Below, one piece after another: positions 8,774 through 19,436 of a stretch of DNA of 64,000 bases. Both the position numbers and the translations under genes were made by a program. Positions within the stretch are counted from its first letter, which is position 1, and each line of letters opens with the position of its first letter. The notes beneath the pieces are model-generated. The model worked only from the letters and a program-made list of their open reading frames with translations, was not told where the DNA came from and made no database searches. This DNA comes from Clostridia bacterium (GTDB lineage: Bacteria > Bacillota > Clostridia > Oscillospirales > CAG-272). The stretch covers positions 18,247-82,246 of the forward strand of contig JAGARU010000127.1 of the NCBI GenBank assembly GCA_017622085.1. Direction: 5' to 3'.

Positions 8774-10147
8774 TCAGGGCTTTCGGTTGTAAAGGAGCTG
8801 CTCCTTCAACCAGTAGGAACGGATGGTATAATCGTCCACCGCTGTCAGCTCCTCCAGCATATCCAGCCGCATCTGTCGGAGTTTTTCCTTGTATTCCGGC
8901 CGCACGGCCAGATTGGTCAGCTCGTAGGGATCGTTTTCCATGTCGTACAGCTCATCCACGTCGGTCAGGTTCCAAACGTATTTCCACTTTTTGTCCCGGA
9001 TCATCCGATGGGTGTAAAGCCCAAACTGCTGACCGTTGTAGGTGGTCAGCGCATACCGACGGGGGGAGGGATGCTCCTCTCCGTGCAAATAAGGCATTAA
9101 GGAAATACCGTCAAGACCTTCCGGACGAGGAAGTCCTGCAAATTCAAGAATGGTAGGCACCAGATCCAGCATATTGGTCACCATGTCCTCACACACTGCT
9201 CCGGCCGCAATCTGCGCAGGGAAGCGAAGCACCAAGGGAACCTTGGTAACCTCCTCATACATAATGTAATGCTTGTCCATCATCTTGCGATCGCCGCACA
9301 TATCTCCGTGGTCGGCGGTGTAAATAATCAAGGTGTCGTCAAGAATTCCTTTCTCCTCCAACACCCGGATCACCCGCCCGATGGCATCGTCCACCTGTGA
9401 GATAAAGCCGTAGTACAGCTTAACCATCTCCCGGCATCTCTCGAAGGAAAGCTCCTCCGTCTCCCAGTTGTAGCGCATCTGCCGTTGAATGTAAGGCTTG
9501 TCCGTCAGGGGATCGTCAAAAGCCCCCCACTTGGGCACGTCCCCATACATGGAGGCAAAGGGCTCTGAGGGGCGGCAGGGCAGATGGGGCTCGGCAAAGT
9601 CCATTTTAATATGCCACGGCGCATCTCCGTATTTTTCAATCAGCGAGATCACGTGGTCCGCGTTCTGATGAGTCGGCGCCACCTCCAAGGGATACGGGCT
9701 CTTTTCTCCCATGTAACCCTCCGTGTGGTGGAGACCCGGGTATTTTTCCTCCATGGTGCGGTAAAATACCCCCTCGGGCACGTAGTCCTCGTATCCAAAA
9801 TCAAGAGGTGTCAGGGTAGGACTGGCGTGCCACTTTCCAACGTAGCCCGTCCGATAACCGGCGTTTTGTAGCTCCCTCGCCCAGGAAAAGGCGTCCTTTT
9901 GAATGGAGCCTACCGGAATTCCCATATCGTAATTCCAAAGAGCCCCAAACCGCTCCGCCCGCTGACCGCAAAGCAAGGATTGCCGCGCCGGACAGCAGGT
10001 GGGTAAGGGCGTATAGCTGTTGTTAAACCGGATGCCCTCCCGGGCGATGCGGTCAAGATTGGGGGTCTTTACGGGATATTTTTCATTAAATCCCAGGCAG
10101 TCAAAGCGCTGTTGATCACAGCAAATAAACAAAATGTTCGGTTTCAA
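8774..10147 (-). CDS. Cys-type sulfatase (formylglycine-dependent), no signal peptide
   Basis: 457 aa. Sulfatase signature PTCCPARQSLLCGQ (C-x-P-x-R). N-terminus MKPNILFICCDQQRFD with no hydrophobic leader. Confidence 0.9.
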   Translation of the reverse strand: MKPNILFICCDQQRFDCLGFNEKYPVKTPNLDRIAREGIRFNNSYTPLPTCCPARQSLLCGQRAERFGALWNYDMGIPVGSIQKDAFSWARELQNAGYRTGYVGKWHASPTLTPLDFGYEDYVPEGVFYRTMEEKYPGLHHTEGYMGEKSPYPLEVAPTHQNADHVISLIEKYGDAPWHIKMDFAEPHLPCRPSEPFASMYGDVPKWGAFDDPLTDKPYIQRQMRYNWETEELSFERCREMVKLYYGFISQVDDAIGRVIRVLEEKGILDDTLIIYTADHGDMCGDRKMMDKHYIMYEEVTKVPLVLRFPAQIAAGAVCEDMVTNMLDLVPTILEFAGLPRPEGLDGISLMPYLHGEEHPSPRRYALTTYNGQQFGLYTHRMIRDKKWKYVWNLTDVDELYDMENDPYELTNLAVRPEYKEKLRQMRLDMLEELTAVDDYTIRSYWLKEQLLYNRKP

Positions 10148-10150
10148 ATC

Positions 10151-11266
10151 TCAGCCCCTCCTTTGATGTTGATTTCTCAAAAGTATTTGTGCTATTTCCG
10201 TGATTTTTGGGAGCGCATGGGCAAAGAAGGCGCGGTACGCGCTGCAAAAACGGTTTTTTCCATCCGAAAGCGGCTCTCGCTCCCGTCGGCATCCGCCCCG
10301 ACAAAGGGCGAAATACGGGCACGTAAGGCACGCCTCGTCGGTCGTAGCCGAATGTACCGTAAACTGCGCGGCCACCTCACCGCGTATCATTTCTTCAAAG
10401 CTGTCGGTATGTACGGTTCCCAGCCGATGCGCGTCCAACACGTAAAAGTCACAGGGATATACGCTTCCGTCCCCCTCTACCGTCGGGTTGCAGGAGCAGT
10501 GCCCCATCATGGCACAGCTCTCCGGCGAAAGTCCCATCCGCATCTGTACGTAGTTGTCAAAATTCCGTATGCTTACGTAGTTACCGGCCATAAAATCGGC
10601 GTAATACCGGTCAAATACCCCCACCAAAAAATCGCCGTAACGCTTAGCAGACAGGGAAAAGGGTCGTTCCTCTCCCGATAACTCCTCAAGGCAGGGAATA
10701 AACTGTACGTAGCGGTATTTCTTCAGCGCCTCGTATACCCGCCGCGGATAGCGGGCCACGTATCGGTTTACCACGCAAAGAATGTTGAATTCCACCCCGT
10801 GCCGGGTAAACATCTCCGCGCATTGTATCACCCGATCGTAGGTGCCGCCTCCGTTGCCGTCCACCCGAAGGGAATCGTGCGCCTCTCGCGTGCCGTCCAG
10901 AGACAGCCCCACAAGAAACCGGTTTTGGGCAAGAAAGGTCGCCCATTCCTCGTTCATGAGTGTTCCGTTGGTCTGAATGGAGTTTAAGACCCGGATGCCC
11001 TTGGAGTTGTACCTCGCCTGTAGAGCCAGCAGCTCCCGATAAAAGTCCAAGCCAACAAGGGAAGGCTCGCCGCCTTGAAAGGCAAAGGAAACGTATCCCT
11101 CTGCATACTCAAAGGCCCGCTTCACTGTGGCCTCCAAGGTCGCAAGGCTCATTTTTCCATAGCAAGGAACGGCCCGATTCTCCGCCACGTCCGCATAAAA
11201 GCAGTACCCGCATCGCAAATTGCAAAGCGAGGACGCCGGCTTAATCAGCAAATTCAACCCCGGCAT
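10151..11266 (-). CDS. Anaerobic sulfatase-maturating enzyme (radical SAM/SPASM)
   Basis: 371 aa. CNLRCGYC radical-SAM cluster motif at the N-terminus and Cys-rich SPASM region (CLTCPYFALCRGGC). Lies 3 nt upstream of the sulfatase gene. Confidence 0.9.
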   Translation of the reverse strand: MPGLNLLIKPASSLCNLRCGYCFYADVAENRAVPCYGKMSLATLEATVKRAFEYAEGYVSFAFQGGEPSLVGLDFYRELLALQARYNSKGIRVLNSIQTNGTLMNEEWATFLAQNRFLVGLSLDGTREAHDSLRVDGNGGGTYDRVIQCAEMFTRHGVEFNILCVVNRYVARYPRRVYEALKKYRYVQFIPCLEELSGEERPFSLSAKRYGDFLVGVFDRYYADFMAGNYVSIRNFDNYVQMRMGLSPESCAMMGHCSCNPTVEGDGSVYPCDFYVLDAHRLGTVHTDSFEEMIRGEVAAQFTVHSATTDEACLTCPYFALCRGGCRREREPLSDGKNRFCSAYRAFFAHALPKITEIAQILLRNQHQRRG

Positions 11267-11283
11267 AGCGCACCTCCCAAATC

Positions 11284-12246
11284 TTATTTGTAATAGGCGA
11301 TGATCTGTAAATCGTCTTCGACTCCATGGAAAGAAATTTCCGCAAAATCAGCACCGTATTGTTTTTCAAAGTCGGACAATAACGCTTTCGTTACTTCCTC
11401 GTGGAGCGCGGGAGGCACATCGGCCTGATCCGAAAAGCCACGCCCTAAAAACCGCGGCAAAAATCCATCCTTCAGCGGAGTCTCATACGGCATACCTCGC
11501 TCAACCATGGTTTCCTCTCGTCGCGAGAAAAGAGCGGTACAAGTCGCCTCGCGATCAAATTTCCACCGATATCTTTTGGGAAGAATACCAAGTGCACTTA
11601 GTCGTTTCCAATATTCTCCGTAAAGAGAGTTTACGATTTCATTGTAGAGGGAATTATCAAGAATCGCTCCCGGGTTTTTACCCGGTGCATCCTCTCCGCA
11701 CAGAAATATGCCGCCCTGCTTTAGCACTCGCCAAATTTCTGAAATCACCCTTTGGGGATTGGAAATAAGATGCAAAACACTATTTGCTACCACAACATCT
11801 ACAGATTCGTCTGCCAAAGGAATTTCCAACGCATTCATGCGACAAAGTACGGTTTGTTCCAACGATATTCCGTTGTGTGCGGCCTTTTTCTTTAAAATTG
11901 AAAGCATGCGGTTAGAGATATCACCGGCGATGATCCTTGTTCCGTTCGCGGCAGTTGGAACAGTAAAGCATCCATCTCCGCAGGCCAGATCAAGAAAAAT
12001 TCCATCCTTGGCTTTATCAGAGATCACCTTCGCAAACAGAGCGTCACGTTCTTCGATCAAAAATTTTCTCTGACCGGAGTAGCTTTCTCCAATATGCTCG
12101 TAGCCAATATACTTGTCACCCTCTCCCATTGTAATCATGTCGGGTGCGTCAGATAATTGCCAGATGCCGTTTTGCTCCGGCACAACGTACCCGCAGGCAC
12201 ATTGTGGCATAGTCATTGTACGTTTACACTGGGGGCAAAGAAACAT
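11284..12246 (-). CDS. Class I SAM-dependent methyltransferase with an N-terminal Zn-ribbon (Trm112-like)
   Basis: Start trimmed to ATG 12246 (MFLCPQCKRTMTMPQCACGY...) with AAGGAG 7 nt upstream. SAM motif I FLDLACGDG. Confidence 0.8.
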   Translation of the reverse strand: MFLCPQCKRTMTMPQCACGYVVPEQNGIWQLSDAPDMITMGEGDKYIGYEHIGESYSGQRKFLIEERDALFAKVISDKAKDGIFLDLACGDGCFTVPTAANGTRIIAGDISNRMLSILKKKAAHNGISLEQTVLCRMNALEIPLADESVDVVVANSVLHLISNPQRVISEIWRVLKQGGIFLCGEDAPGKNPGAILDNSLYNEIVNSLYGEYWKRLSALGILPKRYRWKFDREATCTALFSRREETMVERGMPYETPLKDGFLPRFLGRGFSDQADVPPALHEEVTKALLSDFEKQYGADFAEISFHGVEDDLQIIAYYK

Positions 12247-12381
12247 ATATATTCTCCTTATGGTCGTTATCTTATAACAAGGATACCATAACTTGAAAAG
12301 AAAATCAACGAAAAAACTACAAGGCAACGAATGCTTGCGTCAACAAAAAGCCCCGCCACAGTTGGCGAGGCCTTGATTTAG

Positions 12382-12963
12382 TTACCGTTCCGTCCAAATT
12401 CCATCGTTATACTCGATGGCAACGAGCTCCGCATGGGGTATTCTGCGGGGTTTATCCTTGTTGGTGTAGTTTGCTCCGTTAACCAGGGATAAGATCACCT
12501 GTATCACTCCCCCGTGGGTCACAAGCACCGTGTTGCTATCGCAGTCCTTGACCGCCTGGGTCAACTCCTTCCACGCAGTACGGATCCGCTCGAAAAACTC
12601 CTTCGGGCTCTCACCGCCGGGATAGGCTTCCTCCCAGTCGAGTGCACTCCAGTAAAGCCCCGGATACCGCGCTTTCGCAAGCTCATTGTCCATGCCGGCC
12701 AGAACACCGTTGTTTGCCTCCCGAAACGCGGAAAGTCGGGTGAGGGGAAGCCCCAAGACCTCGGCAATGGGGCGCGCCGTCTGCTCCGCCCGGGTCAGAT
12801 CGCTGGTGTATATGCGCCCGATGTTCAGCGCATCCTTGTTTTCGGCCACGAACCGCGCCAGCTCCCTTGCTTGCGCCTCGCCCTCTGCCACTAAGGGATG
12901 GTTGCTCCATCCGCCGCGCACGGTGCTGTCGTCCTTGCCGTGCCGAACCAGATAACAGATCAT
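12382..12963 (-). CDS. Histidine phosphatase family protein (phosphoglycerate mutase-like)
   Basis: 193 aa with the RHG motif (YLVRHGKDD) and the late VTHGGVI motif. Confidence 0.85.
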   Translation of the reverse strand: MICYLVRHGKDDSTVRGGWSNHPLVAEGEAQARELARFVAENKDALNIGRIYTSDLTRAEQTARPIAEVLGLPLTRLSAFREANNGVLAGMDNELAKARYPGLYWSALDWEEAYPGGESPKEFFERIRTAWKELTQAVKDCDSNTVLVTHGGVIQVILSLVNGANYTNKDKPRRIPHAELVAIEYNDGIWTER

Positions 12964-12974
12964 AAGAGTGCTCC

Positions 12975-13559
12975 TTATAAAATTCCCGTCAAAAAGATCT
13001 CAATACCGATGGCAATGAGGATCACACCGCCCAGAATGCCGGATTTGCCGGCCAGCTTTGTGCCGGCATGCTTGCCGATAAATACACCGGCAAAGCAGAT
13101 AATAAAGGTAACCGCCGCAATCAACACCGCCGCCAGCACCGCCGCATACCATTCGTAATCCGCAATGGTAAATCCAACGGAGAGGGCGTCGATGGAGGTG
13201 GCAACGCCCTGCACCAAAAGAGCAGAGAGCGTGACCTTCTTGCCGTCGCAGGGCTTGTCCTTGTGCTTGATTCCATCGTAGAGCATTTTTCCGCCGATGT
13301 AGCAAAGCAGTACCAGCGCGATCCAAGGGATCAGCTTTTCAAACGCAGCAAAGTAGTGCGCGATCGTATGTACGCACACCCAGCCGATCATGGGCATCAG
13401 CGCCTGGAAAAAGGCAAAGATTCCTGCCACACCGCACATTTTCTGCCGCTTCATGCAGGGCTCGCTGAGTCCGTTGGCCAAGGAAACGGAAAAGGCGTCC
13501 ATGGCAAGGCCGACGCCTAAGAGAATGCTGTTAAAGAAAAACATGAAATTCAGGGGCAC
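12975..13559 (-). CDS. mntP: Manganese efflux pump MntP
   Basis: 194 aa, 6 TM segments, duplicated DAFSV/DALSVG motifs characteristic of MntP/YebN. GTG start with AGGAGG upstream. Confidence 0.85.
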   Translation of the reverse strand: MPLNFMFFFNSILLGVGLAMDAFSVSLANGLSEPCMKRQKMCGVAGIFAFFQALMPMIGWVCVHTIAHYFAAFEKLIPWIALVLLCYIGGKMLYDGIKHKDKPCDGKKVTLSALLVQGVATSIDALSVGFTIADYEWYAAVLAAVLIAAVTFIICFAGVFIGKHAGTKLAGKSGILGGVILIAIGIEIFLTGIL

Positions 13560-13627
13560 GATAATTCCTCCTATGCCGTCAAGGCGCGATATACGCCGCA
13601 GACCCGTGGGGCCTGCGGCGTGCAGGA

Positions 13628-14635
13628 TCAGATTTCTTCGGGAGCTTCTTCCTCAAAACCGTCATCCTCGCCGGAGGACTCGTCCTCAATGGGCTTGATC
13701 AGGTACTCGTGAATTACCGGGAAGGATCCGTAAATGCCGACAAACATACAGATCGCAGGGGTAATAACGAAGGGAAGAATAATACCGATGGGGGGATACA
13801 CGATAAAGATCGCATAGTTCAAGGCAACGGTCAGAATTACAAGCAGTCCGTATCCAAGGTTACGCTTTACGCCAAGGAAGGTAAAGATCAAGGCATTTTT
13901 CAGAATCTGTGTGATCTTATAATTGAAGGTAAGAAGCAGGGTGTAGGTGTAATTGCGCATGATCAGATAGATCACGGTCATAACCAGAATCATAAAGAAG
14001 AAGATCTGGTATTGGAGTCCCGTGCCAAAACCGGTCAGATAGAAGTACAGATTCCATACGAGCAGACCGAGGAACACAAGGTCAATGATGCCGTACACAA
14101 TAGCTTGGCGAAGATTTCTCTTGATGATGTACCAGAAGTCCGCCCACAGGAAGATGGGTTCGCCCTTTACCATGTTTCGGATCAGATAGGTAACACCTAC
14201 GTTTACAATACCAAAGGTAAACAGCACAAGGAGCGTCAGCCCGAAGAATACGTAGGTCAGTGTCGAGGGCACGGAGATCTGCACCTCAATACCAAACACA
14301 CCCTTCAACGCCTCAAGCATGGGCGAGGTTCCAAACTTAGATGCACCGTAAATAACGGGGAACAACTGAGAGGGCGGCGCCGTGCTTACAAGCGAGGTAT
14401 AGTTGGAGAGTGCAAACAGAAGGAAGAAGATCGGGAAGTTGCCAAAAATCAGGTACAGATTGATGCTGAGAAGCTGATAGAACTTCCGTCCAAGCAGCTT
14501 GAAGAAGGTGGGCAGGTCAGGATGCTCCAGCACTTTCTCTAATTCGTCTTTTCCCGCATCCTTGCGGTTGAAGTTATAATAGTCAAAAATATTAAATTTT
14601 TTCTTTTTCTTCGGCGGTTCGTTCACGTTAAACAC
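13628..14635 (-). CDS. Integral membrane protein (possibly DUF624/YesL-like) with an acidic C-terminal tail
   Basis: 335 aa with ~6 hydrophobic helices, a Lys-rich N-terminus and an EDESSGEDDGFEEEAPEEI tail. The start is uncertain (GTG 14635 or GTG 14626). Confidence 0.55.
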   Translation of the reverse strand: MFNVNEPPKKKKKFNIFDYYNFNRKDAGKDELEKVLEHPDLPTFFKLLGRKFYQLLSINLYLIFGNFPIFFLLFALSNYTSLVSTAPPSQLFPVIYGASKFGTSPMLEALKGVFGIEVQISVPSTLTYVFFGLTLLVLFTFGIVNVGVTYLIRNMVKGEPIFLWADFWYIIKRNLRQAIVYGIIDLVFLGLLVWNLYFYLTGFGTGLQYQIFFFMILVMTVIYLIMRNYTYTLLLTFNYKITQILKNALIFTFLGVKRNLGYGLLVILTVALNYAIFIVYPPIGIILPFVITPAICMFVGIYGSFPVIHEYLIKPIEDESSGEDDGFEEEAPEEI

Positions 14636-14644
14636 TCCTTTTTA

Positions 14645-15190
14645 TTAAGTAAAGCTCAGCATAAGATAGCCAAGCGCCATTCGCGCAAGCAAAAAACAGC
14701 CTCCCACACAGAAAAAGCGGAAGCACATTCCGTAAAGCAGGGCGTTGCCCGGACAATACAAGCGGCAAATGTGCCCATCCCGCAAAATCGTCCAGAAGCA
14801 GAAGGATCGGTAAGCCAAAACCATGGTCGCAACGGTATCCAGCATGAAAAGCAAAGGGAAGAGCACCGTCACCTGTCCGCCGTGCCACAACGTAAAGGCA
14901 ATCCCCACGGGCAGGGAAGCAAGCCCGACGCAAAGCACCGTCATAGGGGTGCAAAAGGCGCAAAATCCGCAGAAAAACAGGAATAACATCCACTTTGCCA
15001 CAGGGATTGAAACATTCCCCACAAGGACAAGTCTCTGCCTCAGTGTGTCGGCCTCAACCATGGCTGTCGGCGATAAAACGTATCGCACCATCGCTCCGTC
15101 CGGCCAAAGCAGGCCGACCCCGACTCCCGCAAGCATACCCAGTGCCGCGGCAGAAAACAAAACGATCACGTATGGATTCTTCGTAAGCAT
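14645..15190 (-). CDS. Hypothetical polytopic membrane protein (SpoIIM-like topology, unconfirmed)
   Basis: Start trimmed to ATG 15190 (MLTKNPYVIV...) behind GGTGGTG. The full ORF would run into the RBS of the divergent GNAT gene. 5-6 hydrophobic segments. Confidence 0.45.
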   Translation of the reverse strand: MLTKNPYVIVLFSAAALGMLAGVGVGLLWPDGAMVRYVLSPTAMVEADTLRQRLVLVGNVSIPVAKWMLFLFFCGFCAFCTPMTVLCVGLASLPVGIAFTLWHGGQVTVLFPLLFMLDTVATMVLAYRSFCFWTILRDGHICRLYCPGNALLYGMCFRFFCVGGCFLLARMALGYLMLSFT

Positions 15191-15358
15191 ATGCGTCACC
15201 ACCCACTGCATTCTATTCGGCGGGAGCGCATACCATTCGCAGAGAATACAAACAGTATTATAACACAAATATATGAACATATCAAGAAATCTCTTGAAAA
15301 AAACGGAAATGCGCGTTATAATTTGGTATAGAAACGACAGCAAGGAGGCCGCCCACCG

Positions 15359-15940
15359 ATGTTCCGACGAAAGAGAGATCCCATCGCCGAAATCTTTTCA
15401 AGCATTCCCACCCTGCAGACGGAGCGCCTGACCCTGCGTGCCATGCGCCGCTCGGACCGTCAGGATATGTACGAATACGCCAGCGATCCGTCGGTTACCA
15501 GATATTTGCTGTGGGATATCCACCCAAACGAGGAGTATACCGGCCGATACCTTGACTACGTGGTCAGCCGTTACCGTATCGGCGACTTTACCGATTGGGC
15601 CGTCACCGTGACGGAAACGGGGAAAATGATCGGCACCTGCGGCTTTACCCGCATCGACGCCGACCACAGAAAGGGCGAGGTTGGCTACGTGCTGAATCCG
15701 GCCTATTGGGGACAGGGGATCGCTGCTGAGGCCGTCCGTGCAGTACTTCATTTTGCTTTCTTTCGTCTGAAGTTGAATCGGATGGAGGCCAAATTCATCC
15801 GTGGCAACGAGCGTAGCCTTCGCGTTATGGAAAAATGCGGCATGCAATTCGAGGGATATCAGCGCGAAGCCATGTTGATCAAGGGTCAGTATTGCGATAT
15901 TGGCTATGCCTCCATTTTGCGGAGCGAGTTCCCGGAATAA
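15359..15940 (+). CDS. GNAT-family N-acetyltransferase (RimJ/RimL-like)
   Basis: 193 aa, TERLTLRAM...GYVLNPAYWGQGIAAEA...NERSLRVMEKCGM, the typical Acetyltransf_3 pattern. AAGGAGG upstream. Confidence 0.85.
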   Translation: MFRRKRDPIAEIFSSIPTLQTERLTLRAMRRSDRQDMYEYASDPSVTRYLLWDIHPNEEYTGRYLDYVVSRYRIGDFTDWAVTVTETGKMIGTCGFTRIDADHRKGEVGYVLNPAYWGQGIAAEAVRAVLHFAFFRLKLNRMEAKFIRGNERSLRVMEKCGMQFEGYQREAMLIKGQYCDIGYASILRSEFPE

Positions 15941-16097
15941 ATACCGTGTGCCCACATTGGCTGTGGCCGCGGTATTTTTTTATAGTAAAAACAGAAAAAC
16001 GGGCAAATAAACGAAAAAAATCGATCGCTTATTGGTGCAATTGTTCAATAAAACAAAAAAAATCGAATATTTTTTAGAATAAAATGACAAATAGACC

Positions 16098-16126
16098 TTG
16101 CGAAAAGGAAAGCCTTGTGCTATAAT
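16098..16126 (+). promoter_or_regulatory. sigma-A type promoter of the glycogen operon
   Basis: TTGCGA (16098-16103), 17 nt, TGcTATAAT (16118-16126), preceded by a long A-rich tract (UP-like). Confidence 0.65.
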
Positions 16127-16206
16127 AGTGAGGAAGAACGTTAGATTGGCCAAAGAATGCCCATCAACCGCTCTCACATGACGATACGTGGTTTGGACTT
16201 AGCAAA

Positions 16207-18132
16207 ATGAAAGAAAACGATAAGCAAAAAGCTCGGAGGGGCACGTCTCTTGACGATCGATTCGTCTCCGAATTTCATCAAGGCAAAAGCACCTCCGCCT
16301 ACGAGTACTTCGGTTGCCATAAAATGGCGGGCAGCGGTGTGCATACCTACGTGTTCCGCGTCTGGGCACCCGGCGCCGACGCTGTTTCATTGGTGTCCGA
16401 CGTAACCGGATGGAGCAAGGGTGTTCCTATGCACCGTGTGACGGATACGGGTGTCTGGGAGCTGCAGTACGGCGCACCTGAAAGCCTGAACCGCAGGTTT
16501 TATAAGTATAAAATCCTGACGGGAGACTCCGTTCAGTATAAGGCTGACCCCTATGCCATAGCCGCCCAGACCGGCGGTGATACAGCCTCCATTCTGCGGG
16601 ATCCCTTTTCGTTCCCGTGGGAGGACTCCGCTTGGCTCACCTACCGCCGCTCTGTAGAGAACGGACAGGAAGGCTGCACCGGTGCTCCCCTGAATATTTA
16701 CGAGCTTCACTTAGGCTCTTGGCAAAAGGGCCCGCCCGGCGGCACAAGAGATCTGACGTACCGCCAGATTGCCGATCGCTTGGCCCCCTATGTCAAGCAA
16801 ATGGGCTATACCCACGTCCAGCTGATGCCCGTCATGGAGCACGCGGACGAATATTCGCGTACTTTTGCCGTGGATGCTCCCTACGTGCCTACCGCACGTT
16901 ACGGTCCGCCTGAGGACTTTATGTATTTTGTCAACAAGCTGCACGTCTGCGGCGTCGGCGTGATTCTTGATTGGTCTCCCGCCGGATTCCCGAAAAACGG
17001 ACACGGCCTGTTCGCCTTCGACGGGACACCCCTTTACGAGAGGGAAGAGGAGCTGCCGGACACCCCTGCTAACCGATGCCAATTTGATCTCCGTCGGGGC
17101 GAGGTAAGGAGCTACCTCATCTCTTGCGCTTTGTACTGGCTTCGCCGTTTTCATGTGGATGGCTTCTGTATTTCCGCCCTTGACCGTATGCTTCCGTGGA
17201 ATCCGTACGACGGAACCGATCCCGATGCCGTCGCATTTCTGCAGGAGCTGAACCGTGCCGTGCGGGAGGAATTCCCATCGGCCTTGCGGCTTACGGACGG
17301 CTCGTCCTATCCCGGCGTTACCCGCCCGATCGAGAACGGCGGTCTGGGCTTTGATTTCTGCTATAACCGCCCGTGGACGGATGCCACCGGCGAATATATG
17401 GCAAAGGATCCTATCTACCGACAGTTTATGCACGACAAGCTGACGTTTTCTCTGCCGGATGCAGATGGGGAAAAGGGCATACTTGCCCTCTCCCATGATA
17501 CCGTGTCCTGTGGACGCCGTTCCCTCATTGATCGGATGTTCGGCGGATATGAGGAAAAGTTCGCTTCCATGCGTGCCTATCTCACCTATATGATGACGTT
17601 CCCCGGCAAAAAGCTCGCCTTCATGGGCTCAGAGCTCTCCCAGTTCCGTGAGTGGAGCCCCTCTCATGAGCTCGAGTGGTTTATGATCGGCAATTACCCC
17701 CGCCACCGGGAAATGCACTTCTTTGTGAAAACGCTGAACAGCTTTTATTTAAGCCAGCCATCCCTTTGGGAGTTGGACGGCCAGCCGGACGGCTTTGCTT
17801 GGCTTGAGCCAAACGATAAGGGCCGCAACGTGATTGCCTACCAACGCTTCGCCCGGGACGGCAGCGCCCTTACCGTGGCAGTCAGCTTTTCTCCCGTCTC
17901 CCATCGCCCCTACCGCCTGTACGTCCCCGAGCCGGGACGGTATCAGCTCCTCTTCCATACGGAGGATCGGGCCTTTGGCGGCAGTGGCATCGTCGGAGAC
18001 CGCGTTCTCCGCACCAAAAAGTATAAGGAGGGTAAGGAAATCCGCCATTATTTAGAGCTGGAGCTTCCCCCTTACGCCGCACGGATCCTTAAAAAGCTGC
18101 CTTCGGTAAAGCCGGAGACCAAGGAGACGTGA
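16207..18132 (+). CDS. glgB: 1,4-alpha-glucan branching enzyme
   Basis: 641 aa. N-terminal CBM48-like region, then a GH13 catalytic core (GVILDWSPAGF, HVDGFCISALDRML). First gene of the glg operon. Confidence 0.9.
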   Translation: MKENDKQKARRGTSLDDRFVSEFHQGKSTSAYEYFGCHKMAGSGVHTYVFRVWAPGADAVSLVSDVTGWSKGVPMHRVTDTGVWELQYGAPESLNRRFYKYKILTGDSVQYKADPYAIAAQTGGDTASILRDPFSFPWEDSAWLTYRRSVENGQEGCTGAPLNIYELHLGSWQKGPPGGTRDLTYRQIADRLAPYVKQMGYTHVQLMPVMEHADEYSRTFAVDAPYVPTARYGPPEDFMYFVNKLHVCGVGVILDWSPAGFPKNGHGLFAFDGTPLYEREEELPDTPANRCQFDLRRGEVRSYLISCALYWLRRFHVDGFCISALDRMLPWNPYDGTDPDAVAFLQELNRAVREEFPSALRLTDGSSYPGVTRPIENGGLGFDFCYNRPWTDATGEYMAKDPIYRQFMHDKLTFSLPDADGEKGILALSHDTVSCGRRSLIDRMFGGYEEKFASMRAYLTYMMTFPGKKLAFMGSELSQFREWSPSHELEWFMIGNYPRHREMHFFVKTLNSFYLSQPSLWELDGQPDGFAWLEPNDKGRNVIAYQRFARDGSALTVAVSFSPVSHRPYRLYVPEPGRYQLLFHTEDRAFGGSGIVGDRVLRTKKYKEGKEIRHYLELELPPYAARILKKLPSVKPETKET

Positions 18133-18215
18133 GCTTCCTTAACCGATGAGCGCCCCGGCGCTTCGGATATAAACGCATAATATAATTAAAGCCGCAAAGC
18201 GGCATGGAGGGTTAT

Positions 18216-19421
18216 ATGTATAAAAAGAAAGAGTGCGTAGCAATGCTTTTGGCAGGCGGACAGGGAAGCCGTCTGTATGCTCTGACCGAAAAGACGGCAA
18301 AGCCTGCCGTTCCCTTCGGCGGAAAGTATCGCATCATCGATTTTCCCATGTCCAACTGTGTTAACTCCGGCATCTACACCGTCGGCGTTCTGACACAGTA
18401 TCAGCCCCTGGTTCTGAACGAGTACATCGGTAACGGCCAGCCTTGGGATCTGGACCGCGCCAACAGTGGCGTAACGGTTCTTCCTCCTTATCAGGGCAAA
18501 AAGTCTGCGGACTGGTACCGCGGAACCGCGAACGCAATCTATCAGAACCTGGCGTTCATCCGCCGCTACGATCCGGACTACGTTCTGATCCTTTCCGGTG
18601 ACCACATTTATAAGATGGACTACAGCGAAATGCTTGCATCTCATAAGATGAATAATGCAGACTGCACCATCGCCGTTCTTGACGTTCCGTTGGAAGAGGC
18701 AAGCCGCTTCGGTATTCTTAACACCGACGATACCGGCCGAATCCTGGAATTCGAGGAAAAGCCCGCTCATCCCAAGAGCACTAAGGCATCCATGGGTATC
18801 TACATCTTCAACCGCGACGTGCTTGAGGAATACCTGATCCGCGATGAGGAAGATAAGAAATCTGCCAACGACTTTGGTAAGAACATCATCCCCAATATGC
18901 TGAACGACGGTAAGCTGATGTATACATACGGCTTCAAGGGCTATTGGAAGGACGTTGGAACCATCGATAGCCTGTGGGAAGCAAATATGGAGCTTCTCGG
19001 CACTCCTCCCAAGTTCGACATCAACGATAAGAAGTGGAGAATTTACTCCCGTACTTCCGCGGACGCTCCTCACTTTGTAGGCGAGCACGGCCAGATCACT
19101 AACTCCCTGATTACTGAGGGCTGTGAGATCGACGGCGTGGTAGAGAATTCCGTTCTATCCAACGGCGTTAAGGTTGAGCGCGGCGCATACGTTAAGGACT
19201 CCGTTATTATGAGTGACGTTGTCATCAAGGCCGGCGCGGCCGTTAACTATTCCATTCTGGATGAGGGTGCCGTTGTTTGCGAGGGCGCCGTTGTAGGCCA
19301 GAATAAGGATATCGCAACCGGAATTACCGTAGTAGGCGGCGGCATTCAGATTCCCGCGGCTGTAAAGGTACCCAGCGGCGCGATGGTCAACGAAGAATAC
19401 GTAAAAGAAAATTTGAAGTAA
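18216..19421 (+). CDS. glgC: Glucose-1-phosphate adenylyltransferase, catalytic subunit
   Basis: [10 protein letters not shown]...[13 protein letters not shown] signature and a C-terminal left-handed beta-helix repeat. Start set at ATG 18216 (GGAGG 5 nt upstream) rather than 18204. Confidence 0.92.
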   Translation: MYKKKECVAMLLAGGQGSRLYALTEKTAKPAVPFGGKYRIIDFPMSNCVNSGIYTVGVLTQYQPLVLNEYIGNGQPWDLDRANSGVTVLPPYQGKKSADWYRGTANAIYQNLAFIRRYDPDYVLILSGDHIYKMDYSEMLASHKMNNADCTIAVLDVPLEEASRFGILNTDDTGRILEFEEKPAHPKSTKASMGIYIFNRDVLEEYLIRDEEDKKSANDFGKNIIPNMLNDGKLMYTYGFKGYWKDVGTIDSLWEANMELLGTPPKFDINDKKWRIYSRTSADAPHFVGEHGQITNSLITEGCEIDGVVENSVLSNGVKVERGAYVKDSVIMSDVVIKAGAAVNYSILDEGAVVCEGAVVGQNKDIATGITVVGGGIQIPAAVKVPSGAMVNEEYVKENLK

Positions 19422-19436
19422 GCGGAGGCGGAAAAC